Shown piece after piece: positions 57,343-64,000 of a stretch of 64,000 nucleotides of DNA. The stretch is taken from NCBI GenBank assembly GCA_965246885.1, contig OZ251992.1, positions 2,368,001 through 2,432,000 of the forward strand. Direction: 5' to 3'. A program made the translations under genes and the position numbers. The DNA comes from Abditibacterium sp. Its GTDB lineage: Bacteria > Armatimonadota > Abditibacteriia > Abditibacteriales > Abditibacteriaceae. Each line of letters begins with the position of its first letter. Within the stretch, counting starts at the first letter, position 1. The notes under the pieces are model-generated. The model was not told the DNA's origin. It was given only the letters and a program-made list of their open reading frames with translations, and made no database searches.

Positions 57343-58833
57343 TTATTGAACCAAACGGACGATCCCATCTTTGCCGCTGCCGAGCAGTTGCCAACTGGAG
57401 GTGTCTCCCTTTCCGGCGACGTATTCGGCGTAGAGGCTGCCGCCCTTCCAGTTGTCGGGCAAGTGAATAGTGTCCGTTGACCAAACCCCGTTGCCGGGTT
57501 GAGGAATTACGCCCGGCGCGATGCCATCAATGGGCGGGTCAGTGGTGTAAGTGATGGTCTGCGAGCCGACGTCCACATCGAATTTACTGACTTTCACGTC
57601 GCGTCCGGCTTGATCGGCGGCCAGATAGCCCAGTTGGAACTTCACTTTGCCGCTTTGGGTAAAGTTCATTTGCAAGTGGTCAAGCGCCGAGATGGGCGTG
57701 AGAGTGTGGCTGGGGTCGGTGCCGTTTTTATCGCCAAATTGGTCGTTCCAGTCGGTGTCGGTGAGCGCCAAACCCTTGGTGGGGCCAGCGCGCAACAGGA
57801 AACCGTTCTCGCTGGAGCCGTCGAGGGCCTTGACCTTTATTTGGTATTCGCCCGTCCCGTAAGTTTCGACATTGACGTTGAAACCGGGCGGCTCGACCCA
57901 ACTGGCATCCGTCGCGTCACTGTTGGCATAAGTCGCTTCCGATAGCTTTTTCCCGTCTTTCCAAAGTTCGTAGACCGTCGTCGTCGCGTCTTGGGTGTGG
58001 TGAACGGGGTATTGCGCCGAGTGCTGATTAGTCGGGTTGGAGCCACGAATTTCGTCGTAGGAGTCGGAGCCACCCGGCGAGTAACATTCGGGATCGAAGA
58101 TTTGGATGTGGACGAACTTGTCGCTTTGCGTGCTAACGTAGTCTTTGGGCACTTCGAGCGAGAAGTTTGAATAGCCACCCGTCTGGTCATAAAGCGGGTT
58201 GACCCCGCCGTCTTGGAGGAAACGAGTCGAATAAGGATCGCCGTAGTTGTAAAACGCTTCAGGCCCGAAGACGGACACGTTGGCGGGCGAGACGTTCGGA
58301 TCGGCAATACCAAATGGGCCGCCTAAGCTGAGGGGCAAATGCACTTCCTTTTCAGCGCGCGCTTCTGCTGCGACCGCGCGCGAAAAGCGCGCGGCGACGC
58401 TTTCCAATCCGACCGCCGCCAGTAGCGTTTCGGCAACCGGCGCAAAATACACCGGCTCGTCGCTCCCCACTTTTACATAGACGGTATCGGCATAACCGTT
58501 GCCGCTTTGCGTTCCGTAGTTGGGAGTCACCGTCACGCGCGCGGGCTTGGTAGGACTGTTGATGTCAAAGCCGTTGATGGCGGCATATTGCTGAGACGTT
58601 GAGATGACGAGGGCATCGGTGGCTTGCCCGTTGGAAACTTGGGCGCCCGCAAGCGCCGCCGCGTCCGCCGCGCGCTGGGCTTGGGCGCGCTTGGCTTGAA
58701 GTTGGCCCAGATCAATGACGAGACCGCAGACGCCGAAAATCATCGGCATGGACATCACAAAAAGCCACATTGAAACCCCGCGCCGACGCCCGCGCGCACG
58801 AACAGCCAATAGCGCACGAAAAGAAAGATTCAT
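57343..58833 (-). CDS. TadG-like pilus protein (copy 1)
   Basis: RRRG|VSMWLFVMSM...GLVIDLG...AQRAADAAALAGA; C-terminal domain paralogous to copy 2. Confidence 0.88.
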   Translation of the reverse strand: MNLSFRALLAVRARGRRRGVSMWLFVMSMPMIFGVCGLVIDLGQLQAKRAQAQRAADAAALAGAQVSNGQATDALVISTSQQYAAINGFDINSPTKPARVTVTPNYGTQSGNGYADTVYVKVGSDEPVYFAPVAETLLAAVGLESVAARFSRAVAAEARAEKEVHLPLSLGGPFGIADPNVSPANVSVFGPEAFYNYGDPYSTRFLQDGGVNPLYDQTGGYSNFSLEVPKDYVSTQSDKFVHIQIFDPECYSPGGSDSYDEIRGSNPTNQHSAQYPVHHTQDATTTVYELWKDGKKLSEATYANSDATDASWVEPPGFNVNVETYGTGEYQIKVKALDGSSENGFLLRAGPTKGLALTDTDWNDQFGDKNGTDPSHTLTPISALDHLQMNFTQSGKVKFQLGYLAADQAGRDVKVSKFDVDVGSQTITYTTDPPIDGIAPGVIPQPGNGVWSTDTIHLPDNWKGGSLYAEYVAGKGDTSSWQLLGSGKDGIVRLVQ

Positions 58834-58844
58834 GGGGAAAGTTC

Positions 58845-59303
58845 CTATTCGACCATCATCGTCGTCGTCGTGTTGTAGTTTTTATTGAGCAAGCCACCAA
58901 GCGGGATAAACAGCTTGTCGCTCATGTCGTAGGAAAGCGAGACTGTCACCTGAGTCCCCTTGGCGCGCGTCGTGGCGTCGTCGGGCGTGATGGTGACGGT
59001 CAATTTGGCAGGGTTTATGTCCGGCGGCAACATCCCATCGGGCGCGGGCTTGGTGACGTGATTGATGATGTTGGTGTTGTTATCGGCCACCGTCTTGGAG
59101 TCGGAGCGTTGCACCGAAGCGAAGCGCGCGCCCTCGCGCGACAGGTTCCATAGCGAGTTCGACGTGGACAGATAGATACCGAATTGAAGCATTCCCATCA
59201 GCAACATCAAAAACATGGTGGCGACGAGGGCAAACTCTAATAGCACGGCGCCCCGCCGCCGGTTGAGCGCCCGCGCTCTAAGAAAAGTTCGATTGAAGAC
59301 CAT
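58845..59303 (-). CDS. TadE-like pseudopilin (copy 1)
   Basis: RRRG|AVLLEFALV...MGMLQFG...SREGARFA; SD AGGAG. Confidence 0.9.
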   Translation of the reverse strand: MVFNRTFLRARALNRRRGAVLLEFALVATMFLMLLMGMLQFGIYLSTSNSLWNLSREGARFASVQRSDSKTVADNNTNIINHVTKPAPDGMLPPDINPAKLTVTITPDDATTRAKGTQVTVSLSYDMSDKLFIPLGGLLNKNYNTTTTMMVE

Positions 59304-59388
59304 AACGGTTCTCCTTTCACAGAAACCGCCATTCGCGCCGCGCTCCCTCCTCCCCTGAAACGTCGGAAGCGATAGAAACTAAAGCCTC

Positions 59389-60672
59389 ATGTCCACACCA
59401 ATCTCCACACTTTTGTTCCAAGAAGCCCAGACTCTTCTCCCCGGCGGCGTCAACTCGCCGGTGCGCGCGTTCAACTCCGTCGGCGGCACGCCGCGCTTCA
59501 TGGCGCGCGGGCAAGGCGCCCACTTCTGGGATGAGGACGGCAATCGCTACCTCGATTACGTCGGCAGTTGGGGGCCGCTCATTCACGGTCACGCACCCGC
59601 TTTCGTGCATGACGCGGTGCGCGCGCAACTCGACCGGGGCACCACCTTCGGCGCCCCGACGCGCTTGGAAGTCGAGATGGCCCGCGCGGTCGTCCAAGCA
59701 GTCCCCTCCATCGAAATGGTGCGCATGGTCAACTCCGGCACGGAAGCCGTCATGGGCGCCCTGCGCGCCGCGCGCGGTTTTACGGGCAGGCGCAAGATTA
59801 TCAAGTTCGCGGGCTGCTATCACGGGCACGCCGACGCCCTGCTCGTGCAAGCGGGAAGCGGCGCCCTCACGCTGGGCATCCCCGACTCGGCGGGCGTCAC
59901 CCCCGCCCAAACGCAGGACACCGTTGTCGCCAACTTCAACGACATTGAGGGCACGCGCGAACTGATTCGGCAACTGGGCCACGAACTCGCCCTCGTTGCC
60001 GTCGAGCCGCTCCCCGCCAACATGGGCCTCGTCAAACCGCGCCCCGGCTTTTTGGAGATGCTGCGCGAGGAAACCGCCCAGACCGGCGCCCTGCTCCTCT
60101 TCGATGAAGTGATGACCGGCTTTCGCTTGGCCAAAGGCGGCTTTCAGGAGGTCATCGGCATTTCGCCGGACTTAACGACGCTCGGCAAAATCATCGGCGG
60201 CGGCTTCCCCGTTGGCGCCTACGGCGGGCGCCGCGACATCATGGCCTGCGTGTCGCCATCCGGCCCCGTTTATCAAGCGGGCACCCTGAGCGGCAACCCG
60301 GTCGCAATGACGGCGGGCCTCGCCGCCATCAACGCCCTGAACGCCGACTCCTACGCCCGCCTCGAAACTTTGGGCACCCGCTTGGAAGACGGCTTCGCCC
60401 GCATTTTGCACGACCTCCATTTCCCCGCGCAACTCCAACGCTGGGGTTCGATGTGGACGCTGTTTTTCAGCGCGACGCCCGTCGAGTCCTTCGCCGACGC
60501 CAAAGCAAGCGACACCGCCGCCTTCGGCCACTTCTTCCACGCCATGTTAGAGCGCGGCATCTACCTCCCCCCCGCCCAATTCGAGGCCGCCTTCATCTCC
60601 CTCGCCCACACCGAAGACGACATAGACGCGACACTTGACGCCGCGCGCGAGGCGCTCGCGTCTCTTCGCTGA
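59389..60672 (+). CDS. hemL: Glutamate-1-semialdehyde 2,1-aminomutase
   Basis: PGGVNSPVRAF, SWGPLI, NSGTEA, GCYHGH, FDEVMTGFR, LGKIIGGG, YQAGTLSGNP. Confidence 0.98.
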   Translation: MSTPISTLLFQEAQTLLPGGVNSPVRAFNSVGGTPRFMARGQGAHFWDEDGNRYLDYVGSWGPLIHGHAPAFVHDAVRAQLDRGTTFGAPTRLEVEMARAVVQAVPSIEMVRMVNSGTEAVMGALRAARGFTGRRKIIKFAGCYHGHADALLVQAGSGALTLGIPDSAGVTPAQTQDTVVANFNDIEGTRELIRQLGHELALVAVEPLPANMGLVKPRPGFLEMLREETAQTGALLLFDEVMTGFRLAKGGFQEVIGISPDLTTLGKIIGGGFPVGAYGGRRDIMACVSPSGPVYQAGTLSGNPVAMTAGLAAINALNADSYARLETLGTRLEDGFARILHDLHFPAQLQRWGSMWTLFFSATPVESFADAKASDTAAFGHFFHAMLERGIYLPPAQFEAAFISLAHTEDDIDATLDAAREALASLR

Positions 60673-60678
60673 TGCCCC

Positions 60679-61461
60679 ATGAAACAGTTCCCCGACCCCG
60701 CGCTCAACGTCCCCCGCCCCCGCCCCCGCCCCCGCCCGACACGCAAGCGGAGAAACGGTGGGTGGTGGTTTTCGGATGGTTGCGTCGGCGTCTTCGCGGC
60801 CATTATCGGCACTCCTATCTGGCTCTTCTTCGCCCTTCGCGCGACGGGTGAAGTGATAGTCGCTGTGGCTGGACACACAATTCACGCGCCCGTCGTTGCC
60901 GCTCGGTTTGTTGACGCAAAAGGAGGAGGCCATCTCATCTCTTACCGCTACGGTGCTAAGGCGGAGGACGTGGACGAAATTTGGGTTCGCCCCGAAGAAT
61001 ACGATGCTTTGCCCGTAGGTTCACTGCTACCCGTCAAGACATTCGGCATGGGCGCCCTCATCTCCTCACGCGTTCCATTCTTCGCTGGTAGACCTCCCAT
61101 CGCGTTCTACTTTCAGTGGTTCCCTTTGTGCTTCTTCGGCTTTGTTCTGTATGCCTGTTGGGACGGCGGTTTCTGCGGCCCCCGCCGTCTGCATTGGCTG
61201 CTCCAGAACGGCATCCCCGCAAGGGGCCAAATCAGAAAGATTGACCGCTCCAACGGTAGGCACAAGCGGTATTCCGTTAACTACATCTTCCCCGACGGGA
61301 TGGGACGCCAATACCGGGGCTGGGTGGGAGGCTTAGAGAGCCGACCAGAGTTGGAAGAGGGCGACTCTATCTCCGTTCTCTTCGACCCGAACGACCCGCA
61401 CATCAGTACCATCTACGAGCTTTTGCCGGAGGAAGTGGACACCGGCTCCGCCTCCAGTTAG
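60679..61461 (+). CDS. Membrane protein with DUF3592-like OB-type domains
   Basis: Two TM segments; LLQNGIPARGQI...YSVNYIF...GDSISVLFDPNDP. Confidence 0.6.
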   Translation: MKQFPDPALNVPRPRPRPRPTRKRRNGGWWFSDGCVGVFAAIIGTPIWLFFALRATGEVIVAVAGHTIHAPVVAARFVDAKGGGHLISYRYGAKAEDVDEIWVRPEEYDALPVGSLLPVKTFGMGALISSRVPFFAGRPPIAFYFQWFPLCFFGFVLYACWDGGFCGPRRLHWLLQNGIPARGQIRKIDRSNGRHKRYSVNYIFPDGMGRQYRGWVGGLESRPELEEGDSISVLFDPNDPHISTIYELLPEEVDTGSASS

Positions 61462-61479
61462 GGGTGAGAGGCGCGGGGG

Positions 61480-61488
61480 TGATATAAT
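61480..61488 (+). promoter_or_regulatory. Extended -10 promoter for rpmI-rplT
   Basis: TGATATAAT (TGnTATAAT consensus) 42 nt before the rpmI ATG. Confidence 0.65.
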
Positions 61489-61530
61489 TTCTCTCCGCGC
61501 CTTTTCAAGTGCGCACCGGGAACAACGATT

Positions 61531-61728
61531 ATGAGCAAGATGAAAACACACAAGGCGACCGCCAAGCGCGTGACCACGACGGGCACGGGCAAATTGAAGC
61601 GGCGCAAAGTCGGCTTAGCGCACTTGCAGACCAAGCGCGCCTCGACCACGCAGATGCGCAACAACGACGCCGCGATGTCCGTCGCCAAGTCGAACGACAA
61701 GTCCATCCGCCGCTTGCTGGCGATCTAA
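61531..61728 (+). CDS. rpmI: 50S ribosomal protein L35
   Basis: MSKMKTHKATAKRV...TGTGKL...H; directly upstream of rplT. Confidence 0.93.
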   Translation: MSKMKTHKATAKRVTTTGTGKLKRRKVGLAHLQTKRASTTQMRNNDAAMSVAKSNDKSIRRLLAI

Positions 61729-61815
61729 CTCTTTCCCGCTTCGGCGGGAACTAACCGCGACTGACCGAGTACTTCACCACCTGTCGGGCGCAAGGAAACA
61801 CACAACACAAACATT

Positions 61816-62181
61816 ATGGCAAGAGTGAAACGCGGCGTCGCCGCCCACAAACGACACAAGAAAATCCGCGATTTGGCCAAGGGTTACTATGGCGCCAAGC
61901 ATCGCTGGTTCCGCACGGCCAACGAAGCCGTCATGCACGCCGGACAATACGCCTACCGCGACCGCCGCGTTTTCAAACGCGAAATGCGCCGCCTCTGGAT
62001 CGTCCGCATCAACGCCGCCGCAAGGCAAAACGGCCTCTCCTATTCCGTTCTCATCAACGGCCTCCTCAAAGCGGGCATCAAGATGGATCGCAAGATGCTG
62101 AGCGAAATCGCCATCATTGACCCGGCAGCCTTCACCTCCATCGTGAACCAAGCCAAAACCGCCCTGTCTGCCCGCGCGTAA
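61816..62181 (+). CDS. rplT: 50S ribosomal protein L20
   Basis: [42 protein letters not shown]. Confidence 0.99.
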   Translation: MARVKRGVAAHKRHKKIRDLAKGYYGAKHRWFRTANEAVMHAGQYAYRDRRVFKREMRRLWIVRINAAARQNGLSYSVLINGLLKAGIKMDRKMLSEIAIIDPAAFTSIVNQAKTALSARA

Positions 62182-62194
62182 GACGACAACCGAG

Positions 62195-62226
62195 AGCGCC
62201 GATTAGACTGAAGTCTAAGCGGCGCT
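62195..62226. repeat. 32-bp REP-like palindrome, copy A (may double as the rplT terminator)
   Basis: AGCGCCGATTAGACTGAAGTCTAAGCGGCGCT followed by TTT. Confidence 0.8.
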
Positions 62227-62244
62227 TTTCGTTGCTTGGAGCCT

Positions 62245-62730
62245 ATGAAGCGCGCACTCGCCCTCATCGGGATTTTACTCGCAGGACTTTGGGCATGGAA
62301 CGCCTACGAACACAACTGGCGCGCTCAGTTGCAGGCTTCGCCCACGCTCACACTTTATTCTATTGACCCCCACCGGGAACATGCCGCGCCCACCGACGCC
62401 AAAATTGACCGCTTCCGCGTGCTGGGCCAAACCACACTTCGCGGCGCCGAGTTGCAAACCGCCGTTGATGCCGCAGAGTCCGCGTCGAATGGTGGCGCTA
62501 ACAACGCCTCCTCCTGCATCTTCGCGCCGCGCGTGGCGTTGGAAAGCGAGGACAAGAAGACGCGCTTGCTGCTCTGTTTCACCTGCGGCGAAGCCAAAAG
62601 CGAAGTGCTGGGCGTCGGGCGCTATTTCAACATCTACGGTCGCAAAGATGCCCAAGGCAAAGCCGCAGAAGGGCAACTCAACGCCCTGCTCCGCCGCGCC
62701 CACGTTCCAATCGCGCCGATTCAGTGGTAG
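62245..62730 (+). CDS. Hypothetical exported protein with C...CxxC
   Basis: N-terminal TM or signal; TLYSIDP, VLGQTTL, SCIFAPR, LLCFTC. Confidence 0.7.
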   Translation: MKRALALIGILLAGLWAWNAYEHNWRAQLQASPTLTLYSIDPHREHAAPTDAKIDRFRVLGQTTLRGAELQTAVDAAESASNGGANNASSCIFAPRVALESEDKKTRLLLCFTCGEAKSEVLGVGRYFNIYGRKDAQGKAAEGQLNALLRRAHVPIAPIQW

Positions 62731-62731
62731 T

Positions 62732-62763
62732 AGCGCCGCTTAAACTTCAGTTTAAGCGGCGCT
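62732..62763. repeat. 32-bp REP-like palindrome, copy B (inverted relative to A)
   Basis: AGCGCCGCTTAAACTTCAGTTTAAGCGGCGCT; its reverse complement is 29/32 identical to copy A; GTAG at 62730-62733. Confidence 0.8.
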
Positions 62764-63030
62764 CCCGTCGTCTGCGGGCGGCAGCTTCTTGCCTTCCTTG
62801 CGCTCATCCAACTGGCGCTGCAACATCTCTAAGCGCAAGCGCATCTCCAATTTCTCTCGCTCGTGTTGCTCGTTCTCCGTTCGGCGCTCCATCTCGAAGA
62901 TGACGCGCTGCACTACAGCGGATAGGTCGCTCAGTTCACGCTCGAACTTCTCGTCGTTTTCGCGCGAGCGACGCGCTTCGTCGGCAATGTTATTGACGAA
63001 GCGAATCCACGAAAAGAGGTTTCCCCACAT
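62752..63030 (-). CDS. Small coiled-coil protein
   Basis: Helical charged sequence (ENEQHEREKLEMRL); TGATG coupling with the upstream gene. Confidence 0.7.
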   Translation of the reverse strand: MWGNLFSWIRFVNNIADEARRSRENDEKFERELSDLSAVVQRVIFEMERRTENEQHEREKLEMRLRLEMLQRQLDERKEGKKLPPADDGSAA

Positions 63031-63224
63031 CAGCGAGCCGCAAGTGCGTCCAGCGCCCGGTTCATCGCTTCTATACGCAGGCGCGTTTGCCCCGACAGTT
63101 CGTCAATGCGGGCTTGCGAGCGGCTCATCTCTTCCAGAATCGTTTCCATCCGCACGCTCATGCGCTCTATTTCGCGCTCGTAATCGGCGTCGGTCATTGG
63201 GTCTGTGATGGGCAAAGATTTCAT
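63030..63224 (-). CDS. Small coiled-coil protein
   Basis: SD GAGGAG, 64 aa, heptad pattern. Confidence 0.7.
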   Translation of the reverse strand: MKSLPITDPMTDADYEREIERMSVRMETILEEMSRSQARIDELSGQTRLRIEAMNRALDALAAR

Positions 63225-63239
63225 AGGTTTCTCCTCGGC

Positions 63240-63518
63240 TCAGTTCAGCCCGCGCCACTCCTCGCCGTGCCCGTCGTCTTCGAGTTCGAGCAGGCGGCGC
63301 AGTTGCTCTTGGCGCAGGTCGGACTCGGCGCGCACGACTAACACCTCGGTGTTGGCGACCTCGATGTCAGCGCGCATCTCGTCCAAGCGCGCCTCGATTT
63401 CCTTCTGCCCCGCAATGGCCGTCTCGACGCGGTGCCGCAAAAACAGGAAGCCCACGAGGACGCCCGCACCGAACGAGACGGCCATTCCCAAAAACCAGAA
63501 TACGTTGCGGATTATCAT
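63240..63518 (-). CDS. Small TM-anchored coiled-coil protein
   Basis: N-terminal TM, SD GGAGGA, ATGA overlap with the VOC gene. Confidence 0.65.
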   Translation of the reverse strand: MIIRNVFWFLGMAVSFGAGVLVGFLFLRHRVETAIAGQKEIEARLDEMRADIEVANTEVLVVRAESDLRQEQLRRLLELEDDGHGEEWRGLN

Positions 63519-63847
63519 CGTTCCTCCAGTCTGACAGTTCGCCCGTCCGGGTCAAGGAGAGAGCAAACGCGCGTCTTTCCAATCTTAATCTCAACTTCCG
63601 CCCGCAACGACTCCAATACCGCCTCCAAAGATGGAACGCGAAAGCCGAGCATGACCGAATCAGTCACTTCGGTTTGCCCCGCTTTCAACGGGTACACCTC
63701 CAATACCCACCCGTCTTGCTCGCACGCGAAGTGAGGCGGCCCGCCGCCGTGTTGCTCCGGCGAGAATTTGAGGCCGAGCGTTTCGTAAAACGCGACAGTC
63801 GCTTCGATGTCGCGGGCGCGCAAGACGAGAAAGGAAAGAGTCGCCAT
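63515..63847 (-). CDS. VOC/glyoxalase-family protein
   Basis: LVLRARDIEATVAFYETLGL...EQHGGGPPHFA...LEVYP...DPDGRTVRL. Confidence 0.9.
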   Translation of the reverse strand: MATLSFLVLRARDIEATVAFYETLGLKFSPEQHGGGPPHFACEQDGWVLEVYPLKAGQTEVTDSVMLGFRVPSLEAVLESLRAEVEIKIGKTRVCSLLDPDGRTVRLEER

Positions 63848-64000
63848 AAGGTGACGAGGCTTTCCACAGTTAAGCAGCCTTGGAGGGCGGCGATTCTAAC
63901 TTGTCTTCTCGCCGCAACACTATCCCCAAAACATCTGCGTCATTCGGCGTGCATCTGCGGTCAAAATCCTCTGGGCCTCTTTGGGATGTCCTCCGTGCCC

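Noticed and set aside
61734..61751. UUCG hairpin between rpmI and rplT as an L20-binding leader
   Set aside because: A simple 7-bp stem; rRNA mimicry cannot be shown from the sequence alone.
62195..63900. Integron attC sites around the small genes
   Set aside because: The palindromes are only 32 bp, the GTTRRRY/RYYYAAC-like words near 63870-63900 are in the wrong order, and there is no integrase.
63900..64000. Possible 3' end of a minus-strand gene and an ATCTGCG repeat pair
   Set aside because: Too little sequence to fix a frame or call a repeat family.

Overview
High-GC bacterial chromosomal window with no rRNA, tRNA, CRISPR array or transposase visible. Gene style and content (Ala|Phe prepilins, CGGGGG lipoproteins, LptA/LptC, many SD-less starts) suggest Armatimonadota/Abditibacteriota; this is inference only. 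Housekeeping genes are proA, aroK, hsp20-lon, folK-panD, folP, thrS-infC, coaE, hemL and rpmI-rplT. They are interleaved with accessory loci: (1) a >1588-codon M28/PA-peptidase-fold plus FtsX-permease fusion that runs off the left edge and is absent from the ORF track; (2) a SWIM-finger/uracil-DNA glycosylase fusion; (3) a REC-thioredoxin-reductase-like gene paired with a cNMP histidine kinase; (4) a coupled operon of RlaP-type nucleotidyltransferase, GNAT-macrodomain, folP and bacterial PARG; (5) a 15.5-kb type IV filament locus with an ATPase-less PilB-domain gene, four Ala|Phe pilins and a 1246-aa PilX-like protein, converging on a DICT adenylate cyclase; (6) two tandem TadE/TadG cassettes. 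Unexplained non-coding structure includes three ~115-130-bp intergenic elements with ~21-bp periodicity, several REP-like palindromes (one pair brackets a single gene and shows a compensatory change), a 12-bp stem occluding a tadE ribosome-binding site, an ATA-initiated infC, and a recurrent -10-like box 6-8 nt before SD-less starts. All family calls come from motif recognition by eye; no database searches were run.
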